Made by a program: the position numbers and the translations under genes
Part shown: positions 40,615-50,712 of the stretch, piece after piece
Position numbering within the stretch: the stretch's first letter is position 1
Layout: every line of letters starts with the position of its first letter
Origin: Limisphaerales bacterium
GTDB taxonomy: Bacteria > Verrucomicrobiota > Verrucomicrobiia > Limisphaerales > JBBRWD01
Assembly (NCBI GenBank): GCA_038249465.1
Contig: JBBRWD010000007.1
Coordinates: 17,308-81,307 of the forward strand
Length of the DNA: 64,000 bases
Direction of reading: 5' to 3'
Notes under the pieces: model-generated
What the model was told of the DNA's origin: nothing
What the model saw: the letters and a program-made list of their open reading frames with translations, nothing else
The model's database searches: none

Positions 40615-40907
40615 TAGGCCAATTCTGATATGCATTCCTGACTTGCTCCCAGCCCGCAGAGGAAGCAGGTTCTACCCAATAAGCCACCACAACGAGGATG
40701 AGCGCCGTCACGTCATACGAGGAACTGAGCCAGTGCGCGAAGATCGTCTCCGGCAACGGGGCGGCGGGCGTGGTCGGTTCGCCCACCAGCACACACGTTC
40801 CGACGTCAGAGCGGCGAGCTACGCGGATCCCGCTTTTCTTCAGAGGTCAGAGATCAGGAGCCAGCATCCCGGAACTCGTCATGCATCCCTCGTAACTTAA
40901 AACAGCC

Positions 40908-42962
40908 ATGTCTGCCCCAGCTCCCAACCTCAATCCGGCCCGTGTTCTTCCACCATCCGCTCACGGAACTGCGATACCGCGCCACCGCCGCCGGAGAAGT
41001 CCGTGCGCTTACGCGTGGGTGGCGCTGAGCCTGCTCCTCGTCTCGCCGGCAATCCGGGTGTGGTGCCAGTCCAGCGGACGCATTCCTGGAACCGTGGTCA
41101 GTTGGGGCAGGCAAGTGTTCCCGCACATTGAGTCTGGAACACGCTTCACGGCTATCGCCGCCGGACGCGATCACAATCTGGCGCTCGACTTCGAAGGGAT
41201 GGTCGTGGCGTGGGGAGACAACTATGTTGGCCAAAGCACGGCACCGACGGGATTGAGAGGCGTCATCGCCATCGCTGCGGGAGCGAGTCACAGTCTGGCG
41301 CTCAAATCCGACGGAGCAGTCGTAGCCTGGGGAGCCAACGGTTCTGGCCAGAGTACGGTGCCCGGTGGTCTGGGCAGCATCATCGCCATCGCCGCGGGAA
41401 ATGCTCACAGTCTGGCGCTCCAGTCCGACGGAATGGTCGTGGCGTGGGGATCTAATAATTATGGCCAGAGCACGGTGCCCAGTGGTCTGAGCAACGTCGT
41501 CGCCGTCGCCGCAGGAGAGCAGCACGGTCTGGCGCTCAAATCCAACGGGACGGTCGTGGCTTGGGGAGCCAACGGTTCTGGCCAGAGCACCGTGCCGAGT
41601 GATCTGAGCGGCGTCATGGCAATCGCCGCAGGAGGGTATTACAGCCTGGCGCTCAAATCCGACGGGACTGTCGTGGCGTGGGGAGCCAACTATTCTGGCC
41701 AAAGCACAGTGCCAATCGGTCTGAGCGGCGTCATGGCCATCGCCGCAGGAGGGGAGCACAGTCTGGCGCTCAAATCCGACGGGACAGTCGTGGCTTGGGG
41801 AGCCGACGGTGCTGGCCAGAGCACGGTGCCCGGTGGTCTGGGCAGCATCATCGCCATCGCCGCAGGAAATGCTCACAGTTTGGCGCTCAAATCCAACGGT
41901 GCTGTCGTGGCGTGGGGAAACAACTATGTTGGCCAAAGCACGGCACCGACCGGATTGGGGGGCGTCATCACCATCGCCGCGGGATTGAGTCACAGTCTGG
42001 CGCTCAAATCCGACGGAACAGTCGTGGCTTGGGGAGCCAGCGGTGCTGGCCAGAGCACGGTGCCCGGTGGTCTGGGCAGCGTCATCGCCATCGCCGCAGG
42101 ATACGCTCACAGTCTGGCGCTCAAATCCGACGGAACAATCGTGGCTTGGGGATACGACAGTTCTGGGCAGAGCACGGTGCCCAGTGGTCTGAGCAACGTC
42201 GTCGCTGTTGCCGCAGGAGAGCGGCACAGCCTGGCGCTCAAATCCGACGGTACGGTCGTGGTGTGGGGAGCCAACGATTATGGCCAGAGCACGGTGCCCG
42301 GTGGTCTGAGCAACGTCATCGCCGTCGCCGCAGGAGAGCGGCACAGTTTGGCGCTCAAATCCGACGGTACGGTCGTGGTGTGGGGAGCCAACGATTTCTG
42401 CCAAAGCACAGTGCCAATCGGTCTGAGCGGAGTCATGGCCATAGCCGCAGCAGTGGAGCACAGTCTGGCGCTCAAATCTGACGGCACGGTCGTGGCATGG
42501 GGGCAAATTTGGAATGGCTCTTTTGCGAATTCCTTACCGGTTTACGTACCAGAAACCGTTCCAAACGGACTGAGCGGCGTCATCGCAATCGCCGCAGGAG
42601 CGGATCACAGTCTGGCGCTCAAATCCGACGGGACGGTCGAGGCGTGGGGATACAACGGTGCTGGCCAAAGCACGGTCCCGAGCGGTTTGAACGGCGTCAT
42701 CGCCATCGCCGCTGGATGGGGACACAGTCTGGCGCTGGTTCGAGATCGCGTCTGCTTCGGCTCGGCATGGTCTCCGGGCGACGGCTCTTTCCGCTTGACC
42801 ATCGGCAACGTGATGGGCCGCACCGTGCGGCTGGAGGTTTCGACAAACCTGGTCGATTGGGGCGCGGTCACGAATTTCATCGGCACCACCAACACGGTTC
42901 TCTTCCAAGACCCCGCCATCACCAACACGAGCCGCCGGTTCTACCGGGCGGTTGTCCCATGA
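40908..42962 (+). CDS. RCC1/BLIP-II repeat protein (14 repeats, mostly 39 aa) with C-terminal 'STNLVDW...RRFYRA' motif
   Basis: Repeats of VVAWG.N..GQSTVP.GL..V.AIAAG..HSLALKSDG with a 117-bp unit. Confidence 0.9.
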   Translation: MSAPAPNLNPARVLPPSAHGTAIPRHRRRRSPCAYAWVALSLLLVSPAIRVWCQSSGRIPGTVVSWGRQVFPHIESGTRFTAIAAGRDHNLALDFEGMVVAWGDNYVGQSTAPTGLRGVIAIAAGASHSLALKSDGAVVAWGANGSGQSTVPGGLGSIIAIAAGNAHSLALQSDGMVVAWGSNNYGQSTVPSGLSNVVAVAAGEQHGLALKSNGTVVAWGANGSGQSTVPSDLSGVMAIAAGGYYSLALKSDGTVVAWGANYSGQSTVPIGLSGVMAIAAGGEHSLALKSDGTVVAWGADGAGQSTVPGGLGSIIAIAAGNAHSLALKSNGAVVAWGNNYVGQSTAPTGLGGVITIAAGLSHSLALKSDGTVVAWGASGAGQSTVPGGLGSVIAIAAGYAHSLALKSDGTIVAWGYDSSGQSTVPSGLSNVVAVAAGERHSLALKSDGTVVVWGANDYGQSTVPGGLSNVIAVAAGERHSLALKSDGTVVVWGANDFCQSTVPIGLSGVMAIAAAVEHSLALKSDGTVVAWGQIWNGSFANSLPVYVPETVPNGLSGVIAIAAGADHSLALKSDGTVEAWGYNGAGQSTVPSGLNGVIAIAAGWGHSLALVRDRVCFGSAWSPGDGSFRLTIGNVMGRTVRLEVSTNLVDWGAVTNFIGTTNTVLFQDPAITNTSRRFYRAVVP

Positions 42963-43260
42963 TCATCCGGTGACACGGAGGCCCGTTGCGCTGCATCTGG
43001 CGGTGGCGTCCATTCAGTCACTGGTGGAGGAACCCCGAGCGACAGTCACTCCGGCGGCGAAGCAGTTGGAGGAAGTGCAGACGCAGGCAGTGAAGACCTG
43101 AAGCATGTGCGACCCGCCGATGGCACCGTGCTTGTCAGCCGCCATGAGGTATCACAACAGTCAGCGTGCGGTTTGCCGGCGGCACTGCAAATGGCTGGCC
43201 AACCGAAGTCGGTCACGCTTCAATGCGCCTGAAACAGCACCCAGAAATCCAAAGCGTCGT

Positions 43261-44844
43261 ATGAATTGGCAGCAAACACTCGCCCTCGTTCTCCTCACAT
43301 CGTCCTCGTGCTTCACATCGACCGCGGCCTCCCCGCCCCAGCGGCCGAACGTCCTGTTCATCATGACAGACGACCACGCCGCCCACGCCATCAGCGCCTA
43401 CGGCAGCAAAGTGAACAAGACGCCGCAGATGGATCGGCTGGCGCGCGAAGGCATGCGCTTTGACCGCTGCTACGCGGTCAACTCGATCTGCACGCCGAGC
43501 CGTGCCACGATTCTTACGGGCAAATATAGCCACAAGAACGGCGTGCCCGTCTTCAACGCGTTCAACGGCGAGCAGCCGAACGTCGCCAAGTATCTCCAGT
43601 CGGCCGGCTACCAGACCGCGATGGTCGGCAAATGGCATCTCGGGTCCGATCCCACCGGATTTGATTACTGGGAGATTCTTCCCGGCCAGGGACGCTACAT
43701 CGATCCGGTTCTATACGACCGCGACGGCGCACGCGTGTACGAAGGCTACGCCACCGATGTCATCACCGATCTCGGTTTGTCCTGGTTGCTCAAGCGCGAC
43801 CCATCGAAGCCGTTTTTCCTGATGCTCCATCACAAGGCGCCCCACCGCGAGTGGACGCCGGACGAGAAGCATCGTCAGATGTTTGCCGACCGCCACATCC
43901 CGGAGCCGCCGACGTTGCGCGACGATTACGCGACGCGCACCGATGCATTGCGCGAGCAGAAGCAATCGGTGTTCAAGGACCTCACGCGGCGAGATCTCAA
44001 ACTCATTCCTCCGCCTGAACTCAAGGGAACGAATCGCCAGGCGTGGTTTGGACACAAACCCACGGAGGTCGAGATCACCGACGCCAAAGGCCGCAAGCGC
44101 ATCCTCACCGGCGCGAAGCTCGACGAGTGGAAATACCAGCGTTACATGCAGGACTACCTTGCCTGCGTGCAAAGCGTGGATGACAACGTCGGCCGCGTGC
44201 TCGACTGGCTCGACACCTACAAGCTGCGCGACAACACCATCGTCATCTACACCAGCGACCAGGGATTCTTCCTCGGCGATCACGGCCTCTACGACAAACG
44301 GTTTTTCTACGAGGAATCGCCGCGCATGCCGTTCATCGTGCGCTGGCCGGGGGTGACGAAGTCGGGCAGCACCACCGCGGCGCTCGCCATCAACGCCGAC
44401 TTCGCGCCCACCTTTCTGTCGGCGGCCGGACTCGAGGTGCCGGGCGACATGCAGGGCGTGAGCCTGCTGCCGGTGATGCGTGGTGAGAAGCCGGCGAACT
44501 GGCGTCACAGTCTCTACTACCGCTACTACCACGACCCCGGCCACCACGACACGCGCGCCCACTATGCGGTGCGGACGGACACGCATAAACTGATTTATTA
44601 TTGGAAGAAGGACCAATGGGAGTGCTTCGACCTGGTGAAAGATCCGCGCGAGCTGCGCAACATTTACATCGAACCCGCCGCGCAATCCGTCGTCGCCCAG
44701 CTTAAGGATGAACTCGCGCGCCTGCGCCGCGAATTGCAGGACAACGATGAGTTTTCCAAGGAGTTGCCGAGGGATGGCGTCGATGGCCCGCCGAAGAAGT
44801 GGAAGCCGGGATTCGGCCCGCGCCGGAGCGTAGATGGCGAGTGA
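43261..44844 (+). CDS. Formylglycine-dependent sulfatase (S1 family), secreted
   Basis: RPNVLFIMTDDH, CTPSR, GKWHLG, YTSDQG, DKR. Confidence 0.93.
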   Translation: MNWQQTLALVLLTSSSCFTSTAASPPQRPNVLFIMTDDHAAHAISAYGSKVNKTPQMDRLAREGMRFDRCYAVNSICTPSRATILTGKYSHKNGVPVFNAFNGEQPNVAKYLQSAGYQTAMVGKWHLGSDPTGFDYWEILPGQGRYIDPVLYDRDGARVYEGYATDVITDLGLSWLLKRDPSKPFFLMLHHKAPHREWTPDEKHRQMFADRHIPEPPTLRDDYATRTDALREQKQSVFKDLTRRDLKLIPPPELKGTNRQAWFGHKPTEVEITDAKGRKRILTGAKLDEWKYQRYMQDYLACVQSVDDNVGRVLDWLDTYKLRDNTIVIYTSDQGFFLGDHGLYDKRFFYEESPRMPFIVRWPGVTKSGSTTAALAINADFAPTFLSAAGLEVPGDMQGVSLLPVMRGEKPANWRHSLYYRYYHDPGHHDTRAHYAVRTDTHKLIYYWKKDQWECFDLVKDPRELRNIYIEPAAQSVVAQLKDELARLRRELQDNDEFSKELPRDGVDGPPKKWKPGFGPRRSVDGE

Positions 44845-44864
44845 CCTCGTCCGCCATATCGCCC

Positions 44865-45809
44865 ATGACTCTCTGGAATGCTTTGCTGAGTCTCTGCCTG
44901 GTGGGGCTGCTGGCCGGTTGCAGAACCGTGCCGCCTGCGGCGGAGCAACTTTCGCTTGCTGCCAATACGCCCCCGACAAATTCACCGGTCGTAGCGGCCG
45001 TGAGTGTTTCCAACGCCGCGCGAGTCTCGGGCACCAACGGCCCAACGCTGCGACTCGACACGAGCCGCGGCGCATCTCCCGATAATCCCATCGCGGACTT
45101 CATGTATTTCGTGCCGCTGATTTCGCCTGATCCGGTCGCGACCAGCGAGAATCCGGGCAACACCCAGCAGGCGCGATTGCTGAGCACCACGCGGCACCTC
45201 GCCCCGGAGAAATTCTCGGCGACCTGCGAATTCGAAATCATCGGCGCCGGCTCCCAGCGCAATGTCTTTGACCCCACCAATCATCTTCGCCGCAGCGAAC
45301 AAAGGCTCAAGGACGGCGGGGTGCTGGAGCGACAGCTCGACAACATCGTGGTCTCCGGCGCAGGCCGTGGGCGCATCGAAGTGGAGGGCGTCATGAGCAA
45401 CGCGGCACCGGTGGTCACCGAGGTTCGACTGCGCTTCAACGACGCGGGACAGCCCAGCCCGGTCACCATCGGCCTGCACGATTTCCGGTGGGTGGATGGA
45501 GCCGTCCGCTCCGAGAACGCGGTGGTCGCGCGGGTCAATACGCTGACTTTTCGGCGCGCGCCCGGCCGGCCGAAGATGGATGTTTCGGTTGCGTCCGTGA
45601 AGCGTGCCGACGCCGGGAGCGGACTGTGGCAGCAATTCGTCGGCGGGGTGACTGGACTGGCTGCGAACTTCTTTCTCAAGCCCATCACCGTGGACAAGGC
45701 CGGACACGAAGCGATGCTCGCCTTCGGACGCGCGTTGGCGATGGGCGAAACGAGTTTTACCTTTCCACGCGCGAAGAACCTCCAGCCCAAACCGGCGCCG
45801 GGACGCTGA
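44865..45809 (+). CDS. Hypothetical lipoprotein
   Basis: MTLWNALLSLCLVGLLAGC lipobox; long ORF. Confidence 0.6.
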   Translation: MTLWNALLSLCLVGLLAGCRTVPPAAEQLSLAANTPPTNSPVVAAVSVSNAARVSGTNGPTLRLDTSRGASPDNPIADFMYFVPLISPDPVATSENPGNTQQARLLSTTRHLAPEKFSATCEFEIIGAGSQRNVFDPTNHLRRSEQRLKDGGVLERQLDNIVVSGAGRGRIEVEGVMSNAAPVVTEVRLRFNDAGQPSPVTIGLHDFRWVDGAVRSENAVVARVNTLTFRRAPGRPKMDVSVASVKRADAGSGLWQQFVGGVTGLAANFFLKPITVDKAGHEAMLAFGRALAMGETSFTFPRAKNLQPKPAPGR

Positions 45810-45837
45810 GCGCGGTTGCGAGTCAGCCGGTGTCTGG

Positions 45838-46713
45838 TCAGAGCACCACTTCCGTGCCCACGCCAGCGTCGGTGAAGATCTCCAACAACACCGAATGCGG
45901 CACACGCCCATCGACGAACGACACCTTTTCGATGCCGGCTTTGATGGCGGTGACGGCGCTGTCCACCTTCGGGATCATGCCCTTGTCCACCACGCCAGCC
46001 TTCTTGAGTCCATCCACCTCGCCGGTCTTCAAGTGCGGAATGACTGTTGCCGGGTCTTTCGGGTCACGCATCAGTCCGGGCACATCGCTCATGAAAACGA
46101 GCCGCCTGGCCTTGAGGGCAACGGCGGTCATGGCCGCAGCCACGTCCGCGTTGCAATTGTAAATGTGCCCATCCGCGCCGCGCGCCGTCGGGCTGATGAC
46201 CGGCGTGATGCCCATCGCGATGCACTCCAGTAACGGCTCGGTGTTCACTTCGATCACTTCGCCCACGTAGCCGATGTCGAGATCCTCGCCTGCCGGGCCT
46301 TTGACGAAAATCTTGCGGCAGCGAAAAATGTCCGGCCCCGCAAAACCTCGCGCCATGCCCCCGAGGGAATTGATCGTTGCCACCACCTCGGGATTGATTT
46401 CGCGCGAAAGCACGTCGTCCACGATCTGCACCGTGGCATCGTCGGTGACGCGCTGGCCCTGGATAAACTGCGCCTTGAGCCCGGCCTTCTCCATCGCGCG
46501 GGTGATGGCCTTGCCGCCGCCATGCACGACAATGGGATTAATCTCGACCGCTTCGAGGAAGACGATATCGCTGGCCACGCCATTGCGCACCGCCGGATCC
46601 GGCGAATCCATGAACGAGCCGCCGTATTTCACCACGAAGGTGGCGCCGCTGAACTTCTGGATGTAAGGCAGCGCTTCGAGCAGCGTGGCCGCTTTGGAGA
46701 TGAGGTCTTGCAT
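45838..46713 (-). CDS. argB: Acetylglutamate kinase
   Basis: EALPYI, VVKYGG, VHGGG, NAD, GMIPK. Confidence 0.95.
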   Translation of the reverse strand: MQDLISKAATLLEALPYIQKFSGATFVVKYGGSFMDSPDPAVRNGVASDIVFLEAVEINPIVVHGGGKAITRAMEKAGLKAQFIQGQRVTDDATVQIVDDVLSREINPEVVATINSLGGMARGFAGPDIFRCRKIFVKGPAGEDLDIGYVGEVIEVNTEPLLECIAMGITPVISPTARGADGHIYNCNADVAAAMTAVALKARRLVFMSDVPGLMRDPKDPATVIPHLKTGEVDGLKKAGVVDKGMIPKVDSAVTAIKAGIEKVSFVDGRVPHSVLLEIFTDAGVGTEVVL

Positions 46714-46718
46714 GAGAA

Positions 46719-48044
46719 TCAGCCTCCGAGGGAACCGGGATCGCTCACGTCGCCCTTGTTGAAATCGACGTATTCCTCGGTGAGATCGGCGGCATACATC
46801 AGCGCGCCGGCATTCCCCAGGTTCAGACGGATGTGGAGGTCGAATTCCTTCGGCGCCACCGCGGCGCACAGAGCCTTGAAGGTCGCCTTCGTCGGCTGGC
46901 CGCGCTTCAGGCTCCAGAGAATCTTGCGGCTGCCGGGCGCGCTGTAGCCGATGTCCACCTTTTCCTCCACGATCGTCGCCGCGCTGTAGCCGATGGCGTC
47001 GATGATGCGGCCCCAATTTGGATCGCCGCCGAACCAGCTCGTCTTGACCAGCGCGCTGTTGGCCACCGCGCGGGCCGCGGCATCCGCATCGGCGAAGGTT
47101 TTCGCGCCGCTCACGCGCACGGTCACAAAACGCGTCACGCCTTCACCATCGCGCACAATCTTCTTGGCGAGTTCGAGGCAAACGCCATTCAGCGCCGCCT
47201 GAAATACTTTGAGCTTCGAACTTTGAGCTTTGAGCTTCTGGTTTCCAGCGAGTCCATTGGCCAGCACGAGGACGGTGTCGTTGGTGCTCATGTCGCCGTC
47301 GATGGTGATGCGGTTGAAGCTCTGCGCCACGGCTTCCTGGAGGCACGCCTGCAGCATCTTCGCCTCGATGGCGGCGTCCGTGGTGATGAAACACAGCATT
47401 GTCGCGTGCAACGGCATGGCGGCCGGGCGCGCACCGGTGGCGCTCATGCCTGGCTGAATCATGCCGGCGCCCTTGCAGATGCCGCCGATGCGCACCGGCC
47501 GGCCATCGAGCTTGAACTCCACCGCGACCTGCTTCGGCTTGGTGTCGCTGGTCATGATGGCTTCCGCGGTGTGGTCCGCGTTCTCCGGAGCGCTGTCGAG
47601 CAGGGTGATGGCTTCGAGAATTCCAGCGCAGACGTTTTCCATCGGCATGTTCACGCCGATGCGTCCCGTCGAGCCGACCAGCGCGTGGGCCTGCGGCATG
47701 TGAAGTTGCTTTGCCAGCAGCGCAGTCATGGCCTGCGCATCCTTGAGCCCCTGACGTCCGGTGCAGGCGTTGGCGTTGCCAGAGTTGACGACAATGGCCT
47801 GGGCCACGCCGCCGCGGACGCGTTCGGCGCAGACCTTGACGGGCGCGGCGCAAACCTGGTTGGTGGTGAACATCCCGGCTACCACCGCGGGAACCTCGGA
47901 AACGATCAGCGCAAGATCGCGCTTGCGTCCTTTGTTGGAGCCTTTGCCCGTGCCGAGCCGTTTGATGTCGCAGAACACGCCGCTGGCCAGGAAGCCCTGC
48001 GGCGCGACGATGGAACCGGTGATTTCGCGAAACGCTTTTTTCAT
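46719..48044 (-). CDS. argJ: Ornithine acetyltransferase/N-acetylglutamate synthase ArgJ
   Basis: NSGNANACTG, KGAGMI, ATML cleavage site, DGD.STND, DGEG, DPNWGR. Confidence 0.95.
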   Translation of the reverse strand: MKKAFREITGSIVAPQGFLASGVFCDIKRLGTGKGSNKGRKRDLALIVSEVPAVVAGMFTTNQVCAAPVKVCAERVRGGVAQAIVVNSGNANACTGRQGLKDAQAMTALLAKQLHMPQAHALVGSTGRIGVNMPMENVCAGILEAITLLDSAPENADHTAEAIMTSDTKPKQVAVEFKLDGRPVRIGGICKGAGMIQPGMSATGARPAAMPLHATMLCFITTDAAIEAKMLQACLQEAVAQSFNRITIDGDMSTNDTVLVLANGLAGNQKLKAQSSKLKVFQAALNGVCLELAKKIVRDGEGVTRFVTVRVSGAKTFADADAAARAVANSALVKTSWFGGDPNWGRIIDAIGYSAATIVEEKVDIGYSAPGSRKILWSLKRGQPTKATFKALCAAVAPKEFDLHIRLNLGNAGALMYAADLTEEYVDFNKGDVSDPGSLGG

Positions 48045-48147
48045 CTTCGTTGCGGTTCGCAGTACCACAACCGCCGCCGCGCCTCAAACATCTTTGTGCC
48101 TCGCGCGGCGAAAAGTCCTCGTCGTGCATCTGTGCCATGACCTCCGG

Positions 48148-48221
48148 CGTAGCGGCGCGTCGGCAGACCGCCGCAATTATCCCTGATTGAGTTTGCGGCG
48201 CTCTCCCGAGACGCCGCTACG
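48148..48221. repeat. REP doublet family A
   Basis: CGTAGCGGCG...GAGACGCCGCTACG arms. Confidence 0.8.
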
Positions 48222-48468
48222 AAGCTCCTTCCAGATTCATCGCGCGGGCTGAAACGCGCCAACGCTCGGCGCGCGATCCGTCGGCACCGGATTCCCGAAA
48301 ACACCGCGGCCCCCGTTGTTCGGCCCGATGACGCCGAGCAGCCAAGCGAATGCTTCGTGGAGGAAATGTCGTGTTCATGCCTGTGTCCGGATGGTGGAAG
48401 GCGGCATGAAGAGCGGCAAGGCCGGGGTTGACTTTTTGGGATCGATTCCGAGACTGGCTGAAAGAGCC

Positions 48469-49050
48469 ATGACGACCGCCAACAAAGTGACCATCGCGCG
48501 GATCCTGCTCGTGCCTTTCTTCGTCATGCAGGTGCTCTATTACGTCGAATCGGGGGCGGAAATCCATCGGCTGCTGGCCATTCTCAGTTTTGCCGTCGCG
48601 GCCATCAGCGACGGCATCGATGGCTATATTGCGCGGCGTTACAACCAGCGCAGCGAACTGGGCGCCTTCCTCGACCCGCTGGCCGACAAGCTTCTGCTTG
48701 TCTCGGGCGTGGTGTTGTTGAGCTTCGATCATGCGCCGCACCTGCCGCGACTGCCGCTGTGGCTCACGGTCACGGTGCTCAGCCGCGACGTGCTGCTCGC
48801 CATCGGGACATGGGTGATCCAACACACTTGCGGCAAAACCGTCGTCCGGCCATCACTCCTGGGCAAAGCCGCCACCGTAATGCAGATGACCTGCGTGCTC
48901 TGGGCTTTGCTCAAATGGCCAGGAAACTGGCTCTTGGTGTGGTTGGTGGTGGCGGCTGCGCTCACCGCCATTTCGGGCGTGTTCTACATCATTGACGGAG
49001 TGGGACAACTCAGCGCCAGCCCAAAGAGCACCGCCTCACCGCGACAGTGA
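48469..49050 (+). CDS. pgsA: CDP-alcohol phosphatidyltransferase (PgsA-like)
   Basis: N..T..R and DGIDGYIAR......LG..LDPLADK signature. Confidence 0.88.
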   Translation: MTTANKVTIARILLVPFFVMQVLYYVESGAEIHRLLAILSFAVAAISDGIDGYIARRYNQRSELGAFLDPLADKLLLVSGVVLLSFDHAPHLPRLPLWLTVTVLSRDVLLAIGTWVIQHTCGKTVVRPSLLGKAATVMQMTCVLWALLKWPGNWLLVWLVVAAALTAISGVFYIIDGVGQLSASPKSTASPRQ

Positions 49051-49107
49051 GAGCATGGCACGCCTGGTCGCCGCCAGTCGCGCCCGCTCAAGGGTTATCG
49101 TCGAGGT

Positions 49108-49135
49108 TTGACAAAATCGGGGTTCGCTATAGCGT
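49108..49135 (+). promoter_or_regulatory. Putative sigma-70 promoter of lexA (TTGACA ... TAGCGT/TATAGC)
   Basis: Perfect -35 hexamer 43 nt upstream of the ATG; -10 assignment ambiguous. Confidence 0.4.
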
Positions 49136-49150
49136 TGTCTCACCGTTTCC

Positions 49151-49771
49151 ATGAAGGCATTGACCGTCAAACAGCAGGAAATTCTCGGGTTCATCCGCCG
49201 GCAGCAGCAGGAGTCAGGCGTCTCCCCCACCTTGCGCGAGATCGCCGCCGAGTTTGGTTTTCGCAGCATGACGGCCGCCGCCGATCATGTCCGGGCGCTC
49301 CGCAAGAAGGGCCATCTGGCCCATGAACCCCGGCGTGCCCGTTCACATCGCATTCTTTCCCCGCTCCAGGAACTGCGCGGCACGACCCTCGATATTCCCG
49401 TGTTCGGCAGCATCCCGGCCGGTTTTGCGACCGACTGTGTCGAGGAACCGCTCGGCTGCGTGTCGGTCGATGCCCGCACTCTCGGCGTCAGTGCGGGCGC
49501 ACAACTCGTCGCCCTGCGCGTGCGCGGTGAATCGATGACCGGTCGCCACATCATCGAGGGCGACTGTGTGATCCTGGACAAGAACCGTTCGCCGCGACCC
49601 GGCGACGTGGTGGCGGCATTGATCGACCAGGAGAGCACGCTGAAGACCTTCGCACTTGAACGCGGACACCCTGTGCTGCGGGCCGAGAATCCCCGCTACC
49701 CCACGCTGATTCCCGCCACCGACCTTGCGATTCAAGGCGTCATGGTTGGCTTGGTGCGGAGTGGTGGCTGA
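49151..49771 (+). CDS. lexA: LexA transcriptional repressor
   Basis: LT.KQ.EIL, PTLREI, IPAG cleavage site, GESM (Ser), TLK (Lys). Confidence 0.92.
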   Translation: MKALTVKQQEILGFIRRQQQESGVSPTLREIAAEFGFRSMTAAADHVRALRKKGHLAHEPRRARSHRILSPLQELRGTTLDIPVFGSIPAGFATDCVEEPLGCVSVDARTLGVSAGAQLVALRVRGESMTGRHIIEGDCVILDKNRSPRPGDVVAALIDQESTLKTFALERGHPVLRAENPRYPTLIPATDLAIQGVMVGLVRSGG

Positions 49772-49854
49772 CCAGCCATTCCTTCCCCGCTTGGTCGGCT
49801 CGCACTGACTCCCTTTCCGTTGCCAAAGCGCGCCCGCTCGCGTCCACTCCGGCC

Positions 49855-50598
49855 ATGCAGTTCGAGCTGTTCCGTCCATCGCGACTCCCGCTCACCAATC
49901 CTGGGGAAGCATTGACCGTGGGCGGACGGCTGGTGCCGTTGCGTTTCGTGCGCCACCTCCGCGCCCGCCGTTACGTGTTGCGCGTGGACCGCGACGGGGC
50001 GGCGCGCGTGACGGTGCCGCGCTCCGGTTCCCTGACTGAAGCGCGCCGCTTCGCAGAACGCCAGACCGCTTGGATTGAACGTCAGCTCTCGCGCCAGGCG
50101 AGCACGGCTGCCGCCCCGGGCTCCTGGGGACCGGATACTACGTTCTACTTCCGCGGCGAACGCGTCACGCCAGCCCTCACGATCAATGACGGACGGGTGG
50201 AAATCCGCTTTGCCGATCAAACCCTCTTTACAGCAGGAGCCGACACCAATCTGCGCGCCGTGGTGGAAGCTCACCTGCGCGCGCTGGCCGGCGCCGAGCT
50301 TCCGCCCCGCGTGCTCGAATATGCGGCCGTTCACCAACTCAGCGTCCGACGCGTCCAAGTGCGGGCGCAACGCTCCCGCTGGGGATCGTGCTCGCGCCGG
50401 GGCACCATTTCGCTCAACTGGCGGCTCATCCAGACGCTTCCGTTCGTGCGCGACTACATCATCCTGCACGAGTTGATGCACCTGCGGGAGATGAACCACT
50501 CGGCGCGCTTCTGGCGGGAGGTCGAACGCGTCTGCCCTTATTTTTACGAAGCGGAACGCTGGCTGAAGAAATTCGGCCGCGAATTGTTGCGCGATTGA
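49855..50598 (+). CDS. YgjP/DUF45-like zinc metallohydrolase
   Basis: SRWGSCS, LNWRL, HELMH, NHS..FW. Confidence 0.88.
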   Translation: MQFELFRPSRLPLTNPGEALTVGGRLVPLRFVRHLRARRYVLRVDRDGAARVTVPRSGSLTEARRFAERQTAWIERQLSRQASTAAAPGSWGPDTTFYFRGERVTPALTINDGRVEIRFADQTLFTAGADTNLRAVVEAHLRALAGAELPPRVLEYAAVHQLSVRRVQVRAQRSRWGSCSRRGTISLNWRLIQTLPFVRDYIILHELMHLREMNHSARFWREVERVCPYFYEAERWLKKFGRELLRD

Positions 50599-50712
50599 AG
50601 TTCAACCCGAATTCCGAAGCAGCAGGGCTCCATGGCAGTAGCTCAGGCATCCTGCTTGACTCGAGTACGGCTACCAACACACACAAGGTGTCTGTGCCAC
50701 TTCAAATTCGGT

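Noticed and set aside
40620-40900. Short ORFs upstream of the RCC1 gene
   Set aside because: No recognisable motif or start context; may be decayed sequence.
41090-42740. Regular 117-bp repeats as a possible CRISPR array or DGR target
   Set aside because: They are in-frame protein repeats without unique spacers; no cas or reverse transcriptase gene is in the window.
42963-43260. Intergenic stretch as a possible ncRNA or IS remnant
   Set aside because: I could not identify a convincing structure, terminal repeat or transposase motif.
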